Origin: Paraphysomonas bandaiensis
Lineage: Eukaryota; Protista; Chrysophyceae
Length of the DNA: 64,000 nt
Reading direction: 5' to 3'
NCBI GenBank assembly: GCA_965644295.1
Contig: CBFFRP010000285.1
Coordinates: 96,130 to 160,129 of the forward strand
Shown here: one piece after another, positions 51,274 to 62,040 of the stretch
Layout: each line of letters begins with the position of its first letter
Position numbering within the stretch: the stretch's first letter is position 1
Position numbers and translations under genes: made by a program
Notes under the pieces: model-generated
Told to the model about the DNA's origin: nothing
Databases searched by the model: none
Seen by the model: the letters and a program-made list of their open reading frames with translations, nothing else

Positions 51274-51642
51274 CATACATACATACATACATACATACAT
51301 ACATACATACATACATACATACATACCTACATACCTACATACCTACATACCTACATACCTACATACATACATACATACATACATACATACATACATACAT
51401 ACATACATACATACATACATACATACATACATACATACATACATACATACATACATACATACATACATACATACATACATACATACATACATACATACAT
51501 ACATACATACATACATACATACATACATACATACATACATACATACATACATACATACATACATACATACATACATACATACATACATACATACATACAT
51601 ACATACATACATACATACATACATACATACATACATACATAC
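51274..51642. repeat. (TACA)n microsatellite with TACC units
   Basis: Direct reading. Confidence 0.98.
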
Positions 51643-52960
51643 TCCTACACTATGGGTACACTGCTGTTTGTTGACAGTTATCCAGATCAAGGGAGGGTAA
51701 GGTCGATAAGACATTACTGCACTGTTTGATGGCATAACATGTAAGATGCTGTGTTGTTTAGTTGCATCATGAAGTACCCTTATACGTAAAATCGTAGAGG
51801 CAAATGCTGCAGTCCATCGTGCAACTGTCAGGGTTATACGGAATCATCAGTTGATTCCGGGAGTGGACATGCCAGCGCAAATAACACTGTCAATTTGTCA
51901 CAGCTCGATTTATGAGAGCGTCGGTACGTGCACTTCAGAAGTAACTACCACACTTGTACAGGTGGAATTGTCTGAATTGCCGTCACTGAGCTCTGCTGCT
52001 TCTTCCTCAGAGATCTCGTCAGTATAGTCTTCCCGCCCATATCATGGGACAAGTTCGGACATGAACTAAAACATAGTTTTGGAGGTAGAGGATCTTCTAA
52101 AGATTCAGATTCAACGCAGAAGACTCATCATACCTGTCTCGAAAGAAGCAACTCTCTCATTTAAATGTGCTGGGCCACTTAAATTATATGAGGGTATGAA
52201 TTCAGAGCAAATAAATGGTGTTGGACATTGTTATGTGGATTATAGTAATGTTTCTAGCTGTTATATGTATATAGCTTTCCTAGACTAAGAATTTAATATA
52301 TCGGGATAGAGCCCGGTATGTGCACATTCATTGTGTGCAGTAGGTGAAACCAACTCGTAATTGTAACGGGTGGATATATTTACAAAGGAAGCAAATTAAG
52401 TTACTGGTTTACGTCTATGTAAGATATAGGGTTGACTGGTGAACATATGGCCAACAAATGCTAATGAAACATATATTCACCAGATGCAAAATATGTTGTC
52501 AAGTATTTAGATTAATATTTATAATATTTCTTTGTAAGAAGCACAGGCAGTTTAAGGTTAGTTAACTTCACTGTAATTCCCAATTCTAACATTATCACCA
52601 ATATGCTGCAGCATGACCCGGGTTTTGATGGCCAAACTAGAAGAAATTAAAACTCTATTATAAATAATACATATCCCAGGCAACAACCTACTGTAGTAAA
52701 TTATGTGGAGATGATTGAGCTTCGTTTCATTACATAATGTACACGAGCACAGCGTCATAATAATAAGTTATATATTGAGATTGTCAACGGAAAAAATGGT
52801 ATTACTTAAGTGACTATATAAAACACAGTATAATCAATTATAAAAAACAATTATAGTGAATGCGCAAAGATAACGGAAAATACACAAAGTAATAATAGAA
52901 ACTCAAGATATATGCATTAAACAGCATACAACTGATACAACAAACCATTTGTTTCCGAGC

Positions 52961-54139
52961 TCATATAGTCGATATGAGATAGTCATATGTTGCCAAACCT
53001 CGCTCGGTCCTCTGCCACATTACATCGATAGAGGTATCGCACAACTGAAGTGGTGGATTGTTGCACCTGAAAAAAGCCAACTGTGCTTCTGTGAAAGGTG
53101 TAAGAACCGCATCATATACCTCTTGACGCGGCTCTATTTCAATATCATAGGGAGTGGCGCCATACTCGTCTTCACTAATCTCAGCTGGAGCTTCCTTGAT
53201 TAAATGCTGATTAAAATACAGTAGCTGATTGGGAGTCTTATTGTGCTCCGTTCTGAGGCTGTGATTGTTCCACGTGTGGCGAAACCTTTGCAAATCGGCA
53301 TTGATTCGATCCATAAAAAGCGAATGAATAACAAACTTTGTCCTCATGGTATTGAAATTTAGAAAATGGTCATTTACCCAAGAATTGAAGAGAATAAGAT
53401 AAAAGTTAAGAACTTCCTTTCTTACCTCTATCCAAAATCTTACAATTCGTTGATTCAGAGTTGTCTTCTCCGTGATGATGCTTTCACGATTGAGACCACG
53501 ATTTCGAATCATATACTCTGCGACTTTAATATTCTCTGTCCCTTTATCTGTGCTTACTCGAGAAGGCAGTGTGTATTCCTCAACGGCATCAGTAAATAAC
53601 TTTAACACAGTTGAGCTATCGTACTTAGTAAGGGCTTCTATAAATACACATGCCCGTGAGAACACATCTATACCAGCCTCGACCGCTATTCCAAAGTCAA
53701 TCAACGCGTGATTTCCATTGACATGCCATAGACGATGCGGCCCCTTAACGTTGTACACGACACGGTGGGGAGCTGATACTTGACGATATACCAAACTATC
53801 TGGATTCACTCGGTGTATGCTCTGACGAATGCGATCTCTGGAGACGCGAACACCACTCTGAGCCACACATGCGATAACCATAGTTTCCCCTCTATCAGGA
53901 TGATGCCTTTGAATATCTTCTATCAATGAATCTAACTCAGCATCAGTGATGTCTGAAGCTTCAATAGGGTCTTGATAATGATTATTCTTCCTCCAATTGA
54001 GCAACCACGATGTAGAAACTCCTAGATGCTCGGCAATACATCTCCACGAGCTTCCAACCTCCCTCATCTCATTTAACGTTTGGACTAATTCATCATTTTC
54101 TAATTCACTCTGAATTAAAGGATGGCGTCCACGTTTCAT
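52961..54139 (-). mobile_element. HTH plus integrase-core transposase (IS3EU-like), intact ORF with mutated catalytic residues
   Basis: N-terminal HTH; YNVKGPHRLWHVNGNH, GIDVFSR, LPSRVSTDKGTEN, NQRIVRFW, WNNHSLRTE..TPNQL; element ends not found. Confidence 0.75.
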
Positions 54140-55699
54140 GGCTAACTCAAACTATTCATAAACTATGGCAGTATACATGTATAATGCCATCAAAACAGTG
54201 TAATCATATTGACCTTACCCTTCAATTGACCTGGATCACTGTCATGAAACAGAAGTGGTCATATTGATCTGGTATGATTTGGTGTCGTGATAGCGACGTC
54301 TTAAAGTGGATGAATTACTACACAGCAGTACACACACAGTCCACAGTGTACAGAGTACTAATGTGCATATTTCTTTCGTATCGGCAGTCAGCATCATATT
54401 TTTCGGAAATAAATTGAAGCATAAATCTTCCATATTACTGTAATACAACTACGGCTAGAATACATATAATTGCTGTCTCAGTATATGAGGCATATTTGAA
54501 CAAAAATACACAAAGGATGCGATACGTTGTCCATGGTATTTTTTAAAGCAAACTAAAGAAAAATCCCAGAAGCACGAAAACGAAAACCTAAGTGGATATA
54601 TAGAGGGGTATGCAGTACACACAGCCTTAAACTCTAAAAACCCTTCTTTTAAGCATAAAAGTGCACTTTTTAGAAATGCATGATAGTGGACTCGATATTC
54701 GCTCAATGTGCATCATATGATCAACTTGTACGAGTAGCTACATAACGGAACGAGCTCGACTGAGTCTTGTTGTTCAAGGGAAGGCTATAAGAAACGTTGT
54801 CACAGAGACGAAAACTAGTATCTTAAGGTACTCAAGGATAAAGCATTGGTGAGTTATGACGATAGTGAAGCTTTCAAATGCACTGGAGAAGCAGAAGATA
54901 TCTGCGTTATGATACTTCCTATTGACGTAACTGTAGGAAAGCTTCAATTCACCTCCTTCTCAATTGATGAAGACATTCCCCAACGAAGGAATAATAGGAA
55001 CTCAGAGCAATCTGAAGTTGCTGAATCGACTTCAGTATCTAAACATGATGGTCCTTGTAGCACTCTAGTTTGCTTGATTGAGCTGGTCAAGGAGTAGGCA
55101 GAGCTCAGAAGTGCTATATGTTTTCGGAAGCTGGTGACGATGCTTTCATAGGTTGTACGACTTCTCAGTTGAATTTAACAGCTGATGAATTTGATGTTTT
55201 ATGTCGTCATTTTGGCCAATCTACACTCGTGGAGTTGCACATATATGTTGGAATAAACTATTGCCTTCCTATGATTATTACCCCCAATGCTTTCAACGAT
55301 TGTTCAAGTTTTTATTTGTAGTTTTAGTATTTCATCACCACCGAGGTGCGTAAGTAGATTAGTAATTCTGGTAATTATGCTGTAACAGTGTAATCCAGAT
55401 ATACTGGCTGCTGCATTGATTATCATCTTTTCTCAAACTATATTGGAGAGAAATAACTCAAACGAAATATTATCAGGTGGAGTATCTTAGCTAATCATTG
55501 TTCATGCATCAAGGCAAAAGTGACTTTTCGAGCATACAGTCGTAACTATTGTCAGTCCATGCTACAAGCTTCACTACTGAAGTTACCACTAACAGTTACT
55601 AGCCACAAGCCATAAACTACAGCTTAAAGCCAAACCAGCAGATCTAGTGAACTAGTACTCAGCTGAATGGTATCATTGCTATTACTAATTATAATTCAA

Positions 55700-56854
55700 T
55701 TACCAAATTCTTATATATCTACTGCTATCGTCATCAATACCAAGTTTAATAATACTATGCACAAAATCTACCAAATGATCTCTGTATCTTGCTGACATGT
55801 TTTTGTGGGGCTGGGGCATAGCTGGATTATTGTTAACCTCAACTATTTTAGGAACATACTCCTTGTTGATCAAAATATCAACTCCGGCCACGGCAACTTC
55901 TTTTAATACGAAGGAGGGTGGAATGTTGTACTCATTCGCATCCCTAACTTTTTGTTTTTGCAATGTGGGATGGAGAGCTCTGAAGGCCCGCAGCATTAAA
56001 TCAGTGATAGCACTATGGACCATATCTCCAGAGAGCTCATCGACCTCTTGCAATAACATACGGTCCGTCTTTACTTTGCTCCGGCCGTGGTTGTAGGGTC
56101 GTGCCTGCGAACCCTCGCAACTGTGGATATCAGCTTGCAACGAAGCCGACAAGGATGATATGTCGGTTGTTTTGGGGTCGATATGTTCCCAAATGGGTTG
56201 CCGCACCTCATAGTCGCTATAAAGATACAATGCGCCATTGCAGTAAACTACATACGCGCGTATCTGGCATTTGCGGCTATTGGTGAGCAGCATCGATGGA
56301 TATACCTCCTGCAAGCTCCAGGAAGGAACAATTCCGTGTGTCCGCTCTAGTTCATCAATGAACCCTGGAACACTACGCGCCTTCTGAGCATGTTTCCTGC
56401 ACACCGATAACACATCTTGTGGTGAATAAACGAAGTACAGGCTATCGCCACCAGATCCGAGTGCAGCTTTCAAGAGAGCAGGAGTGGAAGGCAACCCATC
56501 AAGACTTTGCTCACAGCAGTCCCAGGACAACAGCTTCGTTTCTGGCATTACATTTTCCGCTCCAGCATCCAAAAGATGACGATACAGTGCATCTTTGGCA
56601 TCTAAATATTCAAATATTGAAGATGTAGCCCAAACACCTCTGTCTGGACGACCAGGCGAGTCACCAACTACTTCAACACGAAACAGGGAGTATATACTCG
56701 GGCCACCCTGACTTGGTAATTCTTTCCTACGTCTTACTCTAGTAGGACTACTATCGGAAATATCTGTTCTTCCAACTGCTTGGTCAACAACCCAGGACCA
56801 GTTTATATGACAGGTATACATAACATTGCTATTCAATTGTTCTATTTGGCTCAT
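55700..56854 (-). CDS. Tubulin-tyrosine ligase-like (ATP-grasp) protein
   Basis: LLKAALGSGG, LQEVYP..RKCQIRAYV, GVDILI..KIVEVNNNP. Confidence 0.8.
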   Translation of the reverse strand: MSQIEQLNSNVMYTCHINWSWVVDQAVGRTDISDSSPTRVRRRKELPSQGGPSIYSLFRVEVVGDSPGRPDRGVWATSSIFEYLDAKDALYRHLLDAGAENVMPETKLLSWDCCEQSLDGLPSTPALLKAALGSGGDSLYFVYSPQDVLSVCRKHAQKARSVPGFIDELERTHGIVPSWSLQEVYPSMLLTNSRKCQIRAYVVYCNGALYLYSDYEVRQPIWEHIDPKTTDISSLSASLQADIHSCEGSQARPYNHGRSKVKTDRMLLQEVDELSGDMVHSAITDLMLRAFRALHPTLQKQKVRDANEYNIPPSFVLKEVAVAGVDILINKEYVPKIVEVNNNPAMPQPHKNMSARYRDHLVDFVHSIIKLGIDDDSSRYIRIW

Positions 56855-57512
56855 ATTTACAAAATGTTGTTAATCAAATATAATTTCTGTAGCTGATCAA
56901 TTGAAACTCCTAGTTTTTACTTAACACACAGCACACAGTAGATCAGATATGACAAACATTCTTCCAGTCGTTAACTCAGCCAAACCTCTGCTTTCATACA
57001 CATAGCTAGTAATTTATAGCCACTGGACACTCTGCCCAATCAGCTCCTCACAAAAAATTAAAATCATAACTGTCCAAAAAAAACAAGTATCTGCTGCTGA
57101 TACTGTCATCAATAATTTGTATTTTCGTCGAACAAGATTTCCATTTTATACAGCAGTATATCGTACGTTAAATACGGAACATGGGCGATATTACATACGA
57201 ACTATTCACTACATCATATGGAGGGTGAAGTGATAACATACGTACTACACAATCAAATATAAGGCAGGTATTGAGGTGTATATGAATAGTAGTATACAAG
57301 AAAATAATGTATAGAAATCTACGTACAATTTGTTCAAGTTAGTTGGTGTATATATTCATAGTAATAATACTCATTAATATAAGTATATATATATAATTAA
57401 TTGATTACTAGTACCGTATATTCTTATACGATCATGTTATTTATGAAGAGATAGTTTATAATTGAAGTACTTAGTATATATAGAAGATCTTTATCTATAT
57501 ATTGAGAGATAT

Positions 57513-59981
57513 ATGAATCACATATCAACTGAAGCAGGTGCATTAGGGTTTGCTATTATTGTGGGATTTTATTCAGTTCATAAACATATTCGGAGATTAG
57601 GAGATGTATTTTCATTGGCATTAGAGCGTCAAATGGATGCTCATACAAATGGAAAAACTTTACAAAATAGAGAAAACAATTCATTAGGTCTCTTAAATGT
57701 GGATGAATTACTACAACTTCATACTGCTACTTGTAATGATCGAGAATTGAGTAGTAAGTTATTTTTGATTAATTTGTTGTGTTGTACTTATAACTTTTAC
57801 TGTATAGCTGTTGTGGATAGGATAATAGAAGTCAGTTACAAGTTGCTGAAAGCAGATCGCATCAGCGTAATGATATTGAGTAGAGACAAGAAGAAACTAG
57901 TCGTTGCTGAAAGCAAGGATGCGGTTGGATTAGAGATCAGTTCGAGTAGTGGCATAGGTGGATATGTGGCGACCTCGGGCTCTCTACTGAATATCCATGA
58001 TGCTTATGGAGACCCACGATTCAACCCTCAGATCGACGCGGAAAGAGGATTCAAAACCAAAAGCATCTTGTGTGCACCGATATCTATCAACCACGAAGTG
58101 GTTGGTGTTCTCTCTGCGATTAATAAGATCAACGAAACTGGGGATATAGTTGCGTTCAACGAAAAGGACGAAATGGTAGTTGAGTATTTGGCTTCCAATG
58201 CTGGAGTGGCTATAAAAAAAGCACAGCTGTATCACCAGGCAGTACGCGCACAGCGGAATAGTGCTGCCATACTTTCTATTGTTCGGGCTCGCACCAGTGA
58301 CGGATCTGTTGAGCAGATCTTAACGACAACTATAGAGGCCGCGTATGACTTGCTGGTGCCAGAACTTGTGTCAGTGTACCTATGCGACCACCTCCTCCAG
58401 GAGGCCTGGGTGTGCGTCTCGAAAGATGGACTAGAGGGTCTGACCATCCCATTCGGACAGGGAGTGGCAGGGACTGTCGCTGCTAGTGGATCAACAGTTC
58501 GCATCGATAATGCATATGAGGATACACGTTTTTGTCAAGAGGTGGACTTTCAGACTGGCTTCAAAACTCGGTCCATGCTCTGCATGGCGGTTCCGGGGTT
58601 TGCATCTAACAGTAAACCAATTGCGGTTATTCAGCTAATCAACAAGCTCAGTGGGCGAGGTTTCGATGAAGATGATGAGGAAGCGCTGAAGATGCTTTGC
58701 GAAGAGGTTTCCGTTGCGCTGCGCCAGAAGGTGCTGGAACTGAGTCTTCTTCGGTACTCGACATATGTGCGAGACCGACCGGATAAAGTGGACGATGTTA
58801 GACTGGAGGAGTCATTGCTGAAGGAGTACGGCTCTGTGACACAGAGGTTTAAGTACTCTTCTAGCATCCGCACTCGGCAGTTAAATCGCTCTTCTTCTAC
58901 TGGAGCGAAGCAATGTCCCCCTTCGACTTCTGCTGACCTTCTTTTAACGTCTCCATCCACCTCCCGGCCTGTACTTGGAAGGTCCTTCAGCATTGAGGAC
59001 TCAGCTAAAAACAAAGCTATGTATCGGTGGGACCTTGACCCCTTTGCTACTCGGGACGCAGACCTTATGCGGTACATCGAGCAAATGTTTAAGGATTTCG
59101 ACCTTCTAACCGAATTCAAGATTGATATTATGAAGCTGCGGAATTTTATCATGGGTGCCCATTCGCTTTATCATTCCGATGTGGCATTTCACAACTTTAA
59201 GCACGGGTTTTCTGTAATGCATATAACATATCACATCCTTCGTAGTGGGGTAGCCGTGTGCCTTACTTCTCTGGACATCTTAGCAGCTCTTATCTCTGCC
59301 CTCTGTCATGACCTCGACCATCCAGGGAATAATAATGCTTTTGAGATTGCAACTGTTAGTGAACTCGCCCTGACTCACTCGAATGACTCAGTATTGGAAC
59401 GCCATCACTCGTCTGTAACTCACCGCTTGCTTCACGCACCGGATAATAATATACTCGAAAACCTTTCTCCTCAGGAACAGGCGGAGGTCCATGCACTTGT
59501 GACTGACACGATCATGGCAACGGATATGGCAGTACACTTTTATCACGTGGAACGTCTAGAGATGGCCGCGAAAAGTTCACCACACTTTGAGGCGTGTGAT
59601 TCGAACAGTCGACGGATCTTGCTGGGTCACGTTGTCCATGCCGCGGACTTGAGTGGACAGGTTCTTGCTCCTGATCTCGCGACGAAGTGGGGGGACAGAT
59701 GCATCACAGAGTTTCGCGATCAGTGTGCGAAGGAGAAGGCTCTTGGTATTCCAGTAACCGCGTTTATGGACGGTTTGGACCAAGATTTGCAGAGAATGAG
59801 GTTGCAACATGGATTTGTCGGGAATATCGTGCTACCATTGTGGACAGCATTATCTAATTGCTTCCCTGCTCTGTCACATACTACAGTACAAGCACAAGCT
59901 AATTATGACTATTATGGGCAGCGCATACTACTTTTGTCACAGACTGCGGAGAGTGAGACTATAACAAGTAACGGTTCTTAG
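57513..59981 (+). CDS. GAF-GAF class I cyclic nucleotide phosphodiesterase
   Basis: Two GAF domains (DAYGDPRFN..D..GFKTKSILCAP; INK..FDEDD) and a PDE domain (FHNFKH, HDLDHPG, LERHH, ATDM, HAADLS, QHGF); probable in-frame intron near 57755-57808. Confidence 0.93.
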   Translation: MNHISTEAGALGFAIIVGFYSVHKHIRRLGDVFSLALERQMDAHTNGKTLQNRENNSLGLLNVDELLQLHTATCNDRELSSKLFLINLLCCTYNFYCIAVVDRIIEVSYKLLKADRISVMILSRDKKKLVVAESKDAVGLEISSSSGIGGYVATSGSLLNIHDAYGDPRFNPQIDAERGFKTKSILCAPISINHEVVGVLSAINKINETGDIVAFNEKDEMVVEYLASNAGVAIKKAQLYHQAVRAQRNSAAILSIVRARTSDGSVEQILTTTIEAAYDLLVPELVSVYLCDHLLQEAWVCVSKDGLEGLTIPFGQGVAGTVAASGSTVRIDNAYEDTRFCQEVDFQTGFKTRSMLCMAVPGFASNSKPIAVIQLINKLSGRGFDEDDEEALKMLCEEVSVALRQKVLELSLLRYSTYVRDRPDKVDDVRLEESLLKEYGSVTQRFKYSSSIRTRQLNRSSSTGAKQCPPSTSADLLLTSPSTSRPVLGRSFSIEDSAKNKAMYRWDLDPFATRDADLMRYIEQMFKDFDLLTEFKIDIMKLRNFIMGAHSLYHSDVAFHNFKHGFSVMHITYHILRSGVAVCLTSLDILAALISALCHDLDHPGNNNAFEIATVSELALTHSNDSVLERHHSSVTHRLLHAPDNNILENLSPQEQAEVHALVTDTIMATDMAVHFYHVERLEMAAKSSPHFEACDSNSRRILLGHVVHAADLSGQVLAPDLATKWGDRCITEFRDQCAKEKALGIPVTAFMDGLDQDLQRMRLQHGFVGNIVLPLWTALSNCFPALSHTTVQAQANYDYYGQRILLLSQTAESETITSNGS

Positions 59982-60610
59982 TACCCGGAATTGATTAATG
60001 TGTAATTACTGGTTGTGCTTGGAGTAGCCTTGGAGGTGGCACCACGTCAAGTACTTTCCGGTATATATCTTGTGTAATTTGCGTCACATTTGTGGAGTAA
60101 TTAATACAGGCTAGGTATGGCCTTGAGTAAATGCAATTCTGCTTTTCCATCAGAACTAGGAAGAGTGAATAAATATATAGTATATATCGCTACTACCCAG
60201 ATTCTCCTTTTAAATCCTGCTAGTATATAGTACATAGAAGTTGAGTTACATTGTGCCTATCAAGATACTATGTGCCTCATATCATACATTAAACTGCAAG
60301 AAGGTTAGAATTAATGACAAAGACTTATAATCCAGCTAGTGACTATTACTATCAATAGGCGTGTAAGAGTTAAGAGTCTGCACGTCAGAACCAATATCTA
60401 GTGATATATGGCTGTAAGGTACTTCAAGAAAATATCAAAATTGATAAATTTGATGTGGCAAAAATGCAAAGCACAACAAGTGTTGAACAAAATACACAAA
60501 TGATGGGGAAATTGGTGATTTAGAGTTCCTTTCTTACTTTTAACGATTTCAATTGTCTTCTACAATCTTAGTAGCAAATATGGAAAAGGTAAATTTATTT
60601 CACTTAAAGG

Positions 60611-60949
60611 TAGTAGTGAATGTCTTCTTATTAGCAATAGGCGTTTAAGAGTCAATTATATTTAACTCTGATATCCTACTATTTAATATTTAACACTACT
60701 AAAGCTGCTTGTGCGTCACCACAAGCACATCACTCAAAGCAAACGCAGTGACAAAGCAGAAGGCATAAACATATACCTGACATCCTGTTTATTCGTCAAT
60801 ACCTAAAGACATCTACTCAAGCGACACTTATTAGTGTCCCTTGTTCCACACAACAATATCTGCTGACTATATATGTGGCTCACGTTAGTTTTTCCGGTAC
60901 TTATCCCCCAGAACGCTACGAAAAGGTGAAAGCCTGGCTTTGTTGAGAG
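60611..60949 (-). mobile_element. Non-autonomous retroelement (SINE/SIDE-like), copy 3, internally deleted
   Basis: Homologous to copies 1 and 2; ends GACATTCACTACTA; retains ACTAAC-GTGAGCC (J4/2-P2'). Confidence 0.8.
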
Positions 60950-61007
60950 ATAATAGTATACATTCTCTCAAAATATGTTAATTCATAACTATCCGTATAT
61001 TGCCAAT

Positions 61008-62040
61008 TTATGACATATGTGACTCATGGTGCTTTCCGATAAGATACTCAAACTCACCCGGTTGACGAGCCTCGGGATCTATAGCCACTTGAGCCTCCTC
61101 CAGCTCTCTATAATAATCCTGAGACCTCTCAGGTACCGATTCATCAAATAATACATGTACAGAGTGTACTACGGTGTCCCCCACTAGCACCTTGTATCCT
61201 TTTCGATCAGCTGGATACCCTATGAAATAACCTGTCATTGCTTTGTCCTCCCAGTCCTTCCTCCTGTCGGCCTTGGGTGTTAGCACATATGCTTTGCACC
61301 CCCATTTCCGTAGCCACGATAGGCTGGGAACGCTCCCCCCTGGGACACACTCATATGGAGACATCCATCCTTGCCACGTCCGAGTTGGCATTCGTCGCAC
61401 AATGTAACATGCAGTTTGATAAGCATCAAACCAGAACGACTTTGGAAGTCCAGATGCCGTCAACATCGTCAGTGTCATCTCCCCAATTGTTCGGAATTTC
61501 CTCTCAGACACCGCGTTGAGCTCTGGCGTGTCTCGTGTTGTATGTGACACCCGAGTCCCATATCGCTGCAACAGATACTCTCTTATCTGCTGACTAATAA
61601 GTTCGGATCCTCCATCGGCATGATACTCCACTATACGGTTCCACCCCTCGTACTTCACTAAGTGGACCTCGCACAAGTGTCGTAGACATTTGAACACCTC
61701 CTCTCCGCTTCGAGTCCTCAATCCATATTCCCATATCATCTTTGTTGCTAAGTCCGTAAATAGGAGCACGTACTTATACCCTTGTCTGGATTCACAATTG
61801 AGATAGACGGAGATGTCCGCTGTTACTCTTTCCAGGAACCTGACTGCGCTTAGCTCTTCGTTGTCCCGTGATTTGAACGAATGCCTGGTTATCTTCGCCT
61901 TGGCACACCATTTACACAGGGGTTTCTTGCAACTCTTCTCCTTTGCCTTCGAAAGGTGATGTCGTTGTAGTCCTGATCCTCTGAATAACATGTGTCGGTG
62001 AGCTTCTATTAACTTCGATTTCGAGACATGTCCAGTACGA
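61008..62040 (-). mobile_element. Ty1/Copia-type integrase fragment (pre-integrase zinc finger, rve core, SH3)
   Basis: RTGH..CKWCAKAK..RHSF, ADI..GYKY..FTD, HADGGSE, TPELNAVSERKFRT, GLPKSFW..TACY, WGCKAYV..GYFIGY..GYKV. Confidence 0.9.

Noticed and set aside
48620-54139. Fanzor/TnpB nuclease in the DNA transposons
   Set aside because: No RuvC motifs seen; the Cys-rich tail at ~49660-49785 fits the KRBA2-like C-terminus
51651-55613. TATGG...CCATA as termini of the IS3EU-like element, with decayed ORFs at 51660-52560 and 54450-55320 as a second gene
   Set aside because: Only 5 bp of inverted match, no TSD, and no recognisable protein motif
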